Assembly: GCF_006345805.1 (NCBI RefSeq)
Contig: NC_043000.1
Coordinates: 13,020,001 to 13,084,000 of the forward strand
Reading direction: 5' to 3'
Origin: Octopus sinensis
Taxonomy: Eukaryota
DNA length: 64,000 nucleotides
Shown here: positions 1-12,150 of the stretch, piece after piece
How the letters are laid out: the number at the start of each line of letters is the position of its first letter
Numbering within the stretch: the stretch's first letter is position 1
Notes under the pieces: generated by a model
The model's input: the letters and a program-made list of their open reading frames with translations, nothing else
What the model was told of the DNA's origin: nothing
Databases searched by the model: none
Made by a program: the position numbers and the translations under genes

Positions 1-364
1 TACAAAATTGTTCAACTAATTTGTAAGTTTGTATAATTAGTCACTTTTTTCTGTATTTAAGGTAGTAAATTAGCCAAATTCTACTTAAATAAGTATAGGG
101 TTATTTGTAAACTATAATAAAATAATTTTTAATATTAAAATTTTAATTTTAGCTGCAATATTTTAAGTAAAATGTTTCTTATTCTTTACTTTACTTGAAG
201 TAATAGTTTGTCCTATACTTTTACAGGTGTATTAACTTTTCTTGTGCTTTTCCAGCTTTATAATCTTAAGAATATTACTTTTTCATGCTTGCATTTTTCC
301 ATGTGATCCATGATTTTTCCAGGCATTGCTGATATAAGATAATTTGTCTATTGTCACTCTGTAA

Positions 365-414
365 CTTCTGACGAAATAACTTCCAAAATATAAAATTTTG
401 TCCAAAACGTTAAG
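365..414 (+). ncRNA. Degenerate type-I hammerhead-like motif
   Basis: ctt-CTGACGA-...caaaat/attttg stem...-AAAA-CG-T-T-aag. G12 is replaced by A, consistent with CpG decay of ccGAAA. Confidence 0.35.
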
Positions 415-780
415 AGTAAACCCTGTTCTATATGACACATTCTATCAGCATCAGAAGGTTGAAAGTGTTTAGTTAAAAAAAATTAATTAAATAATCTGTG
501 CGTCTAATTGAATAATCTGAAATGGATGAAAGACAAAGTCAACCTCGATGGAATTTGAACTCAGAACATAAAGACAGACAAAATACCTCTTCTAAAATAT
601 GAAATTTTTTCAAAAATGTTAAGAGTAAACCCTGTTCTATGTGACACATTTTACTGGTATTGGAAGTTTGAAAGTGTTTTTTGTTTAAAAAAATTAATGA
701 AATAACCTGTACGTCAAAGTTGACCTCAACAAAATTTGAACTCAAAAATGTAAAGACAGATGAAATACAGTTAAGCATTT
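386..780. repeat. Imperfect tandem duplication (~120 bp unit plus a SINE piece)
   Basis: 386-503 recurs at 594-714 (GTTAAGAGTAAACCCTGTTCTAT shared), and 535-586 recurs at about 715-770. Confidence 0.7.
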
Positions 781-1155
781 CACCCGGCTCGCTAATGTTT
801 CTGCGAGCTCGCTGCCTTCGAAAGTAAACATTAATTTTAGAAATATATTCTTTATTGTTATAATTGAAGCATTACTCCCTTACTCACTGACAGGAAATTT
901 TGTAACTCTTTGTTACTCTTTAAATAATGTTTGAAATTTTTCTGTTTAAACTATCATATAGGCCTTCCTTTTAAGATTTCAGACTTTATTACTGATAAAA
1001 AATTCAGTTTGAAATTAGGATCACTTATCTCTTCCTTTAGCCTTATGTTTTGTTCTGTGTGAAACAATTATAAAGAAACAATAAGAATGAATGTATATAG
1101 ATCTATCCTTTTGTGACTAGAAGCCTTAAAATCAATTCACGCATGTATACACACC

Positions 1156-1187
<32 letters not shown>

Positions 1188-1592
1188 CTTTACTCTTTTA
1201 CTTGTTTCAGTCATTTGACTGCAGCAATGCTGGAGCACCACCTTTAGTAGAGCAAATCGACCTCAGGACTTATTCTTTGTAAGCCTAGTACTTATTCTAT
1301 CAGTCTCTTTTGCTGCACTGCTAAGTTACGGGGACGTAAACACACCAGCATTGGTTGTCAAGCGATGTTGGGTGGGGGGGACAAACACAGACAAACAAAC
1401 ACACACATATATATACATAAACATATATACAATGGGCTTCTTTCAGTTTCCGTCTACTAAATTTACTCACAAGGCTTTGGTCATCCCGAGGCTATAGTAG
1501 AAGATACTTGCCCAAGGTGCCACACAGTAGGACTGAACCCAGAACCATGTCGTTAGTAAGCAAGCTACTTACCACACAGCCACTCCTGCACC
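1188..1592 (-). mobile_element. tRNA-derived SINE, family B (CORE-like GGCACCTTGGGCAAGT block)
   Basis: A/B-box-like head (GGCTGTGTGGTAAG; GGTTCAGTCC). Related copies near 2950-3330, 11752-12150, 31018-31397, 47320-47720 and 54236-54392. Flanked by (TA)n. Confidence 0.85.
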
Positions 1593-2237
1593 TATATATA
1601 TATATATTTTTTCCAGGTGTCCATGAAGTAACTGCTATATAAAGTTATTTTTATAAGACTGTGTTGGCCGATTTTTATTTTTTACTGCATGTTACAAAAA
1701 TCCATCAAAGTTAATTGAATTATTGACATTTTTTTTCTATGTATTGTGTACTAGTGCCGTTGTACTAAAGAATTAGTAGGTTAGTGACAAAGAATCATTG
1801 ATAAATTTGTATAGAAAGAAAAGCGTTACAAATCTCTATCTACCTTTCTGTCTCTCTATCCTTCTTTCTTTCTTTCTATATATATCTTTCAAGTATTTTT
1901 AATGTATTGGGCATAATTCTAATGAAAGAGAGCAAAATTATTAAGTTGCAGATTTATTGGTCAAAATGTCATAGAATAAAATTTTTTTTACAGTTCTATA
2001 TACTAAAGTTAGATGCATTTCGACTTAACTGATCTGACTAAAAAATGTATCTCTTTTCTGATTTATCGTTAAATAGTTAATATTATAATGGGACTACCCT
2101 AAAAAAATTTGATTTATAAAAACATCAAACTTGTATTAGTATGAACAATTTTTATAAAAATTTAAAGGTAATTATCTTGAGAGTCATCATCATCACCATC
2201 ATTCAACGTCTGTTTTCCATGCTGGTATGAACTTGGC

Positions 2238-2466
2238 GGCAAGCTGGCAGAAACATTAGCACGCTGGGCAAAATGCGTAGCCGTATTTCGTTTGCCGTTA
2301 CGTTCTGAGTTCAAATTCCGCCGAGGTCGACTTTGCCTTTCATCCTTTCGGGGTCGATTAAATAAGTATCAGTTACGCACTGGGGGTCGATATAATCGAC
2401 TTAATCCATTTGTCTGTTCTTGTTTGTCCTCTCTGTGTTTAACCCCTTGTGGGTAGTAAAGAAATA
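2238..2466 (+). mobile_element. Young SINE, family A, inserted into an older SINE
   Basis: 14-bp TSD GGTATGAACTTGGC at 2224-2237 and 2467-2480. Near-identical copy at 5501-5726. Core GCCTTTCATCCTTTCGGGGTCGAT. Confidence 0.9.
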
Positions 2467-2949
2467 GGTATGAACTTGGCAGTTTGTCAGGAGCTGAAGA
2501 GCTGCTCAGGTTTCATGTCTGCTTTGGCATGGTTTCTTACGGGGAATACCTTTTCTAGTGCCAATCACTTCACAGAGTGTACAGGGTGATTTTTTTGCCG
2601 TGCTGACATGGGTGCTTTTATGTGGCACCAGCATGGGAACTTTTTACATGGCACCAGTATCCATGAGCCCACAAAATTTGGATCGTTCAACTGAAGAAGG
2701 ATGTAGGGAACATACCTCTTTGCAAGGACAACCATGATTTTACTTAGCTTGATGTTTCTTCTCAAGCACAGCAAACTACCTGAAGACTCAGTCCCTTGCC
2801 ATCCCCTCTGTGAGGCCCAATGCCTGAAGATCCTTTCTCACCACTTTGTCCCATGTCTTTCTCATAGTAAAATAGCTTCATTTGATTTATAATGTAGTAG
2901 ATTTGAAGAAAGAAATCTAGACTTAAAAATCATTGTTGTTCTTTTATCT

Positions 2950-3330
2950 TTTACCTTTTTACTTGCTGAAGTCATTGGACTGTGGTCATGCTGGAGCACT
3001 GTTTTGAAGAATTTTTAGTTGAATGAATTGACTTCAGTGCTTGTTTTGTTTTTCAAGTCTGGTACTTATTCTCGCAGTCTCTTTTTGCCAAACTACTAAG
3101 TTATGAGGATGTAAACACACCAACACCAGTTTTCAAGTGGTGGTGGGGAATAAACAAGATACACACACTCACATTTGCATTTATAAACAGGATTTTTTTC
3201 AGTTTCCGTATACCAAATCCACTCACAAGACTTTGGCTGGCCCAAGGCTATGGTAGAAGGCACTTGCCCAAGGTGCCACACAGTGGGACCGGATCCAAAA
3301 TCAAGTGGCTGGGAAGCAAGCTTCTTATTG
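2950..3330 (-). mobile_element. SINE family B copy
   Basis: Similarity to 1188-1592. Confidence 0.75.
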
Positions 3331-5500
3331 TATGATATCAATAAAAAATGATATTTTTGTGCACTAACATTTGTTTCACCTATCACAACAAAATCGTCTT
3401 TAAAACACTCTACAGAGATACCAAAAGTGATAGATTCCTATAGAAACTGGTGAGTTGTAAGAGGTCATAGTTTCTTCATGGCACTTTATAGTTCTACCCA
3501 AATGGATTCTCTAGCAAAATGATTTAATTAGGCTGCTGTTAATTACTTGACCAATATCAATGGATACTAAGGAATTAATTCAGTATAAACTGATGACCAT
3601 ATTTTGTTGGATAATTCATACTAGTTGCCCAAAACCCACTAATTTCTTTCATCTAATTTGGAGATCAGTCAGAAAATAAGCCAAAATAATGTCAAGCTAT
3701 TTACTAGGCAAACAACACAAGCTAATCAATAAATCTAAACTGATTGAAACACAGTAAAAATAAATACATGAACAAATAATTAAAGGTATAAAAGACATTT
3801 CCACAAATATCTGGTATTTTAGTTCTCTTTTTTACATGTGCCCAGGTGAAATTAGATTTACCAAAATGAAATAATCAGAGAGAAAAAAATTATTACCATC
3901 AATGAGAAGGCATATAACATTATTCTAGTACACTTCAGATTAGAGTTGTCATGGATGGTTGATCTAATACAACAAATATGTTTAATCAACTGAAGCATGA
4001 AAAACATATATCTACATACATCTGTATATTTGCAGCACAAAATCAATTGTAAAACATTTTTTTTAGAGTAAAATTATTGAAGCTTGCTTGCCCAACCATA
4101 TAGTTTCAGATTCTGTCCCACTGTGATACACACTTTGGGAAAGTGCCTTCTACTATAACCTTGCATCAGCCAAAGCCATGTGAGTGGATTCCATAGCTAT
4201 AACATGGGAAAAGCTTGTCATGTATATCTGTATGTGTGTATGCAAGTGTATTTGTATCTGTCTATACTTATGTATGTATATGTTAAAGTATAAGTATGCA
4301 TGTGTGTGTGTCATCATTGCCTGTTAATGTCTGTCTTCCATGCTGGTATAAGTCAGATGGTTTGATAGGATCCAAGAACTGTATCATGCTCCAGTGACTG
4401 CTTTGATGTCTTCTACAGTTGGATGCCTTTCCGAATGCCAACCTCTTTACAGAGTATACTGAATGCTTTTTACATGGCACCAGCATGTGTAATCTCACCT
4501 TACAGCTTGCAAAACTAAGATCTTCTTTGAATGAGTGGGTCTGTAGGTAGAGATGGATGTGGTTCTATTCTAAAAGATGACATGAGTATGAAAACAAGGG
4601 CCAGGACAGAACAGGTTCCTTACTGTAGAGAAACTTCAAGGCTTCTCATATTATAGAGGAGAGAGTGGGAGTAATTTGGGCGGAGTTGGAAAAAGAAATA
4701 AAATAGTGATGGTGAGGTGTCAAGGTGGATCTTCAAGACATGAAATGAGTAGAAGAAAGCGGAAACAGAAGAACAAGAAATTTAGATTGGTAGAAGTTGC
4801 ATGAATGGTTAGAAATAGTGAGGGGGTGAATATAATGAATGAAGAACTAATGTTGAGGGATGTTAAATGTACACGGGGTGGGGGAGACAGGGAAGGGTAA
4901 GTGATCACTGACAGTACAGAAAGGAGTGAAGAGCAGTGTGACAGTAATAATTATATAGTAGACAGGGGTAGGATGAGAGATAGTGATGATGTTTGGGTGG
5001 ATAGGTTGCAAGAGTGTGAGGGGAGAGGCAAATATAGTGCATGAGGGGAGTGAGAGCTGTGTGGTGGTAGGGAAGAAATTATTTGGTGGCACAGAAGGGT
5101 GATCAATGGGAAATATACAGGGAGATGGACAGTGTTAAAAAATGAAAGATGGATATCAAATGAAATGGTTCTGGATAGTGAGAAAAGTAACTGATATCAG
5201 ACAAAAAGAATATGAAATACACAGTTTGTTCACATTAATTACAGTAATAGAAAACTGCAGATTGACAGGTGATGGAAGGGTCAATAATTGAGAGGATGTA
5301 TAGTGGGAACAGCTTGAGAAGAACATAGAGCAAGGGGCCCACTTGAGTGCCAGTACATTGTGTTTCCAGAAACTTAGTTTTGTTGAGATGGAGTCTTCTC
5401 GAGTACAGCACATCATCTCAGTACTTTGTCTTCCCCTCCATAAGGTTTTATGTATATATGTGTAGGTATATTTGTGCATATGTGTTTGTATATGAGTGTA

Positions 5501-5726
5501 CGAGCTGGCAGAAACGTTAGCACGCCGGGCAAAATGCGTAGCCGTATTTCGTCTGCCGTTACGTTCTGGGTTCAAATTCCGCCGTGGTCGACTTTGCCTT
5601 TCATCCTTTCGGGGGTCGATAAATTAAGTACCAGTTACGCACTGGGGTCGATATAATCGACTTAATCCGTTTGTCTGTCCTTGTTTTTCCCCTCTGTGTT
5701 TAGCCCCTTGTGGGTAGTAAAGAAAT
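5501..5726 (+). mobile_element. SINE family A copy
   Basis: Near-identical to 2238-2466. Confidence 0.9.
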
Positions 5727-6389
5727 ATATATATATATGTGTGCATCTGTATGCATATATGTGTGTGTGTGTGTATATGTGCATGTGTATATATATATAT
5801 ATATGTGTATGTGTGCATGCACATGCATAGCTATTTGTCTCTTTGTCTGGATATTGCTTGACTGTTGTCAACAGATGTCACAGAGTGATTTGTCTGCAGT
5901 CTTTCATAAGAACATGTCTGGCCATTGTGCTGTTCATGCTTGAATGACAAGGGGAAATATCTTGTTACTTAGAAACAGGTGAGGGTTGGTGACAAGAAGG
6001 GCAGCTGGCTGTAGAAAGTTTGGACAAATATTGTCCAAACTCTTTGAAAAGGAAAAATTGGACATTAAAACAATGATGCTTTCTTTTTATTTTGTCACAA
6101 GGCTATTTTTATGGAACCATGGCTGTGTGGTTATGAAGTTTGCTTCACAACCTTACGATTTCAGATTTAGTTCCACTATGTGACACTTTAGGTAAATGCT
6201 GTACCTTCTAATTGCTTCAGGCTAGCCATTGCTGTGTGAAATTCCTATATAGAAACTGTGCAGAAGCCTGTTATATTTATGTGCTTATGTGTGTATGTGT
6301 GAGGAGGGGTCGATATAATTGACTAAAATCTTTCAGCATGGTACTCCAGCATGGTCACAGTTTAATGACTAACAATCGAAATTAAACCA

Positions 6390-6835
6390 AATTCGATGAC
6401 TGGCACCCATGCCAGTGGAGCGCTAACAGATCCATTCGAGCAGGATCACTGCCAGAGCAGCTGTCTGGCTTCCGTACTGGTGGGCACATAAAAAGCACCA
6501 TCTGAGTGTGATCGTTACCAACGTCGCCTTACTGGCACGTGAGCAAAACATTTGAGGTCGTTGCCAGTGCCACTGGACTGACTCCTGTGCAGGTGGCACG
6601 TAAAAACACCATTTTGAGCATGGCCATTGTCAGTACCGCCAGACTGGCCCTCGTGCAGGTGGCATGTATAAGCACCCACTACACTCTCAGAGTGGTTGGC
6701 GTTAGGAAGGGCATCCAGCTGTAGAAACTCTGCCAGATCAGATTGGAACCTGGCGCAGCCATCTGGTTCGCCAGTACCCAGTCAAATCGCCCAACCCATG
6801 CTAGCATGGAAAGCGGACGTTAAACGATGATGATG
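6390..6835 (+). mobile_element. SINE family C with internal GTGGCAC/AAAAGCACC repeats and (GAT)n tail
   Basis: Ends CCATGCTAGCATGGAAAGCGGACGTTAAACGATGATGATG. Related copies at 21308, 26390, 32772, 36567, 37500, 42130 and 53310. Confidence 0.85.
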
Positions 6836-8332
6836 AATTAAAAGAGTATAAGTTATAAACATGGTTTTTTAAAATTATTTAACTGCCATCTTGTAATGTC
6901 CAAATGATCAGTTTTTTTACAACTCAAGGCTGCCATTCTGTGAAGTCCAAACGATCAGTTTCTTATGGCTTGCCTCATGTGATGTAGACCATAATCCAGG
7001 ATATTTATGAATGAAAGCATTCTGGCTACGACATGGTGTACAAATCTGAGGCCGCTTACGCAAGACATAAATGATAGGAACATTTTCGTATGGTATTCCA
7101 AATGAAGCTGATTATAGAATTACAGCAAGCGGGGTATATTCAATTATCGTCTGTTGGACAAGATGCAAATGAAATACTTGATCGACAACCGACAAAATAT
7201 CAATATTTATACTAAAGTGTGCACATGTATGCAAATGACAAAATCTAACCACTAACCATTGAACTCAGGACTGATCTAGTGAAATTCATCTCAGTGACAG
7301 TATCAAAATCTATAGCATGTGGTTATTATGAACTGTAACTGTTTGAAATAAACTGAAGAGCAATTGTTATTCCACACATGCGTTTAGGAGACAGCTGTAA
7401 GATTATAACATACAACTGAGTGTGAAGTATTAATCTCTGAGAACCATCAGTCACTAATAAAACACTTTCAGTAAGAACTAAGAAATGAAAACTTGGAAGT
7501 TTTACCTGTCAGGAAAAAGCATCCAAATTTCTCTCAAAATTCATTTTACTGTCTTGAATGAAGGACACGCAGATAATGCACTTCATGATACGAAGAAATA
7601 TGTGTCATAAAGGCTTGGTGGTAAAGGAGTTATAAATAGTGGTTGCTGAAAATTTAAGTGTCCCATATAATTGTGTCTAGAATAAAAGAGCTACTTGATG
7701 ATCAGTTACTGCAAAATCAGTAGTGTACTTGTGAAGGCACGAAGCTTAAGACTTTTAGGTTAAGTGAGTGAGAAATTATTACATTCACACCTGTTTCAAG
7801 GGCATTAGTAATTAGAAGTAAACGTGCTACATTTGAAAAATACAACTGGTTTATGAACTTTGTCTTGTGAGAAGTTAACAAGAGCTTGGGGATATTTAGC
7901 CAGTCTTGTTTGGAAGAAATGCCAGAGACAATCTTTAATTTACATCGTATCGTATTTTCCTTTGTTCTAAAGTTACATCTCACTGATTCCTCATGCATCT
8001 TGCTGAAAACTATTTGTCTAAACTTAACTGCAAAAACCATATAAAAACTTATTCAAAGTAACATTTGCACATGACTTTTGTGATAAATGAATTTATTCAA
8101 TGTGTTACAGTAACACGAAAACTTCTTTACTGTGTAGCATAGAAATTGATTTACACAGTAGTCCACAAACTTGTTCACTGACTTGATTACAGTTACATGG
8201 GATATATTTAAGACAACACACTGGCTTGTTTCTAATTATGTTAAGCTGTGTTCAAATATGCATATCCATACTCTGATCCATTCTCACTGCTATGTTCTCA
8301 GAGACACATTTTCATACTCACAAACACAGATA

Positions 8333-8555
8333 CAGTAATCCCTCGACTATCGTGAATGTTACTTTCCAAAACCCCCTGCGATAGGTGAAAATCCGCAAAG
8401 TAGAAACAGTACTGAACTGTATGGTTTTAAAAATTATTTTTGTAATTTGTATATATTTATTTTATTATAAATGCAAGACAACACTATTGAGGAATTGACA
8501 TAAGCTTAAATAATAAACTGCAATAGGTGAACCACGATATGGCAAGAGATTACTG
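8333..8555. mobile_element. Tigger/pogo-like (Tc1/mariner) MITE
   Basis: Imperfect TIRs CAGTAATCCCTCGACTATCGTG / CACGATATGGCAAGAGATTACTG; TA on the left flank, right TA mutated. Confidence 0.7.
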
Positions 8556-8798
8556 GATATACATACATGGACACTGATATATTTATGGTGACACATGCAT
8601 ACACAAATACCCCAACACATTCACTGAGGTACATGGACTGAGTGACATGTTCACTGTGTGACATATGAGCATACAAAAACACTCAGCAGTACATGACCCC
8701 GTGCACACCTACACATTTTAACACTAACACATACACATACACCAAAGTATATCCAGTGATAAACACCCACACATCCTAATGTATTCCAGAAATACACT

Positions 8799-8841
<43 letters not shown>

Positions 8842-10280
8842 AACTTTAGTAGATTTCAGTCACGAACCTGTAATGTATGGAATGTTTGGTGGGAAATTTC
8901 TTGTTCTGTCTGTTTCTTTTTCTTTCTTTCTTTTTCTTTTCTTTTGTTAAATGTAATTAATGGGTTAATCGCCAGTTGCTATGGTGACTCATGTTTTGTC
9001 CTTATCATCATCATCATCATCATTTTACATTTGCTTTCCACACTGGCATGGGTTAAATTGGCTTCTCTGTGACAAAAAAGATAATTATACGTTATTAGGC
9101 TCTAATCTGTTTTGATTAGAAGCCTGTATTATTCCATGAAATTGGTTAACCCATAACAATTTTGTTTTGCAAATGCTTGCTTTTTGTTTTATTTATTTAT
9201 TTATTTATTTATTTATTTGCTGTTCATTTGCATTTTTTTATTTTTCATAAAAATATTTCCAACATTTATTTCCCCACCTCTTTGATGTACATTGACATTT
9301 ATGATTTTCTGCAGGGCCAAACATTCTAAATAAAAAAAAAAATTACAGTTTACCCTCTTTATTTTTTGTCTGTTTACCTTTAAAGAACATTTCCAAATTA
9401 CAATTTCCAAATTACAAATGCATCCTTTACTACAATAACTACCTCCTCACCCATTATTCACACAAACACACACATATGCCCATACAGGTACACACACACA
9501 CACATGTAGTAAAGGCAAAACACCCAATTGCTAAGTTCACTAGCACCCTCCAATCATTTGTTCAGCACTGAACCATGCAGGCTGGTTGATATGCCTGACA
9601 CCTCTTATCTTAGGTCTTTTATTACATTATGACATTACATTGGGAAAAAATTTTTTTTTTTTATCATGCAAATTGTTTATGTTCTACCAACTGCATTTGG
9701 AAGATGACCTAGAGATGCTTAAACACTCATTATTGTCAGAAATAGACTAATCATCCATTCATCATTATCATCATCACCACCACTACTACCACCATCATCA
9801 TCCCTGCCACCATCATTACGATCATGACTACCACCACCACCATCATTACCTCATCCACTTTTCCATGCTTGCATGGTCAGACAGAATTTGTTGAGTCAGA
9901 ATTTCTATGGCTGGATACCATTCCTGTTGCCAACCCTCACCTATTTCCAAGCAAGATAATCAGATAATCTCTTTGTCTTTGGAAGAACAAACAGCCTGGA
10001 CATGGTTATGTGGTGACCTGGAAACAGACGATACCATTTGAATGGTCCTTTTGATTACAAAGATCATGCAATACTTCAAGATATATCAAGAAACCTAGAC
10101 AAGCTTTTTTGTAGTTGACTACAAGAAAAGGACACTGCCTTTATTGTTGTTTATAGTCAGTAAGCACATGTGAAAACAAGGGTAAATACAAACTCACTCT
10201 CACAAATACACATACCTACATATACATACATCTATATTTCTACATATACATACACATGTGCATGTACACACACACATGCG

Positions 10281-10313
<33 letters not shown>

Positions 10314-10456
10314 ATATGTATATATACATATATAAATGAGTTTATAGGGACATAATCTTGCATCTTTTAATGCTGTAAATAGCTGTCAGATAAAATTATG
10401 GATGTGAAAAATCTCCAGTCTCCTTATCATTATTAATACACACACACACATATAAA

Positions 10457-10874
10457 TAAATAACAAATGAAAGACAGAAGATGGAATATACGAAAATATA
10501 TTATTAATCACAACAATTGTTTTGACACATCTAGCATTGATTCTTCTTGTGGGACACTCAACAACTGGTTCAGGAGTATCCGGTGGTGCAGATGTATGTC
10601 ATTGGGTGACAAATAAAGTAAAAAAACTCGTTAAAACAACTGTTCCACAATGCAACTTTCTGTTTTTCTCTCTACAAAACAGTGGAACAATCATTTTAAC
10701 TAGTTTTTTAAAATTTATTTATCACCCAAAAAGATATGTCTGCACCACCGGATACTCCTGAACCAGCTGTTGAGTCTCCCACAAGAGGAATCAATGTTAG
10801 ATGTGTCGAAACAATTGTTGTGATTAATAATATATTCTCAAATATTCCATCTTCTGTCTTTCAGTTGCTATTTA
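10457..10874. repeat. Fold-back inverted repeat, ~192-bp arms with a 33-bp spacer
   Basis: 10457-10648 is the imperfect reverse complement of 10682-10874. It lies between (CA)n and (TA)n tracts. Confidence 0.95.
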
Positions 10875-10941
10875 CCTGAGAATCACTCTGACAGTGCTTT
10901 ACCGGTAAGCTATCAGGTGTAAACCATTCGTTTTATCATCC

Positions 10942-10982
<41 letters not shown>

Positions 10983-11053
10983 TGCTTGAGTCACCTAAGA
11001 GACCATAAGTCAGGGAGAAGATGCACGTCTATAACTTAGTTGAGTGGGTATAT

Positions 11054-11330
11054 TGTCTGAATTTTATTGTGTTAATTATCCATTATGGCTGGTCTTACCA
11101 ATCAGTTTCATGTGAAATTATATAATGGAGTGTTAGGCAACAAATCAGTTATATAATATACGCTCATCAGAGATAGCCAACATGGAAGGGCAAATGGTGA
11201 CCAGTGGAGAGTGGTTGCCATTTCCCTTTCCATGTCAGCTATCTCTGACAAGCGTATATTATATAATTTCATGCGAAACCGATTAGTAAGACCAGCTGTG
11301 ATGGATAGTTAACACTATAAAATTCAGACA
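11054..11330. repeat. Fold-back inverted repeat with a hammerhead motif in each arm
   Basis: 11054-11203 versus 11212-11330; CTGATGA on the - strand at 11170-11164 and CTGACAA on the + strand at 11245-11251. Confidence 0.9.
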
Positions 11331-11354
11331 CTATATATATATATGTATATGTAT

Positions 11355-11402
<48 letters not shown>

Positions 11403-11437
11403 CATGCATGCATGTATGTATGTATGTATATGTGGAA

Positions 11438-11670
11438 GTACATGGCTTAGTGCTTAGGCTGTTGCACTCATGATCATAAAATTGTAGTTTTGATTCCTAG
11501 ACCAGTTGATGTATTGTGTCCTTGAGCAAAACATTTGATTTCACATTGCTCCAGTCCGTTCAGCTGGCAAAGATGAGTAACCTTGTAACAGATTGGCATC
11601 CCATCCAGGAGTGAATACATACACCACAGAATTTGGGAAACTAGCCTCATGAGCCTATGGCTCATGAAGG
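11438..11670 (+). mobile_element. SINE family D
   Basis: tRNA-like head TGGCTTAGTG...TTGATTCC and TTGTGTCCTTGAGCAA block shared with about 44225, 45350, 46030 and 59280-59400 (-). Confidence 0.65.
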
Positions 11671-11751
11671 ACCTTTGATGCTCTTTATTTTTGGTTTATA
11701 TATATATGTATGTATAGATATATATGTGTGTGTATATATATATATATATAT

Positions 11752-11954
11752 TCTTTTACTTGTTACAGTCATTTGACTGTGGCCTTGCTGGAGCACCACC
11801 TTTATTCGAAAAAATTGCCCCCCAAAACTTATTCTTTGTAAGCCTAGTACTTATTCTAGCGGTCTCTTTTGGCGAACTGCTAAGTTATGGAGAAGTAAAC
11901 ACACCAGCATCGGTTGTCAAGCGATGGTCGGGGAACAAACACAGTCACACAAGC

Positions 11955-11994
<40 letters not shown>

Positions 11995-12150
11995 GATGGG
12001 TTTCTTTCAGTTTCTGTCTACCAAATCCACTCACAAGGCTTTGGTTGGCCTGAGGCTATAGTAGAAGACACTTGCCCAAGGTGCCACATTGTGGGACTGA
12101 ACTCAGAACCATGTGGTTGGGAAGCAAGCTTCTTACCATACAATCATGCC
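11752..12150 (-). mobile_element. SINE family B copy
   Basis: High similarity to 1188-1592. Confidence 0.85.

Noticed and set aside
4600-5330. Purine-rich stretch with minus-strand ORFs
   Set aside because: Low-complexity strand bias with no recognisable domain or splice structure.
7717-8040. 107-aa ORF, possibly a decayed hAT transposase dimerisation region
   Set aside because: Only a vague motif resemblance across frames; no TIRs or splice support.
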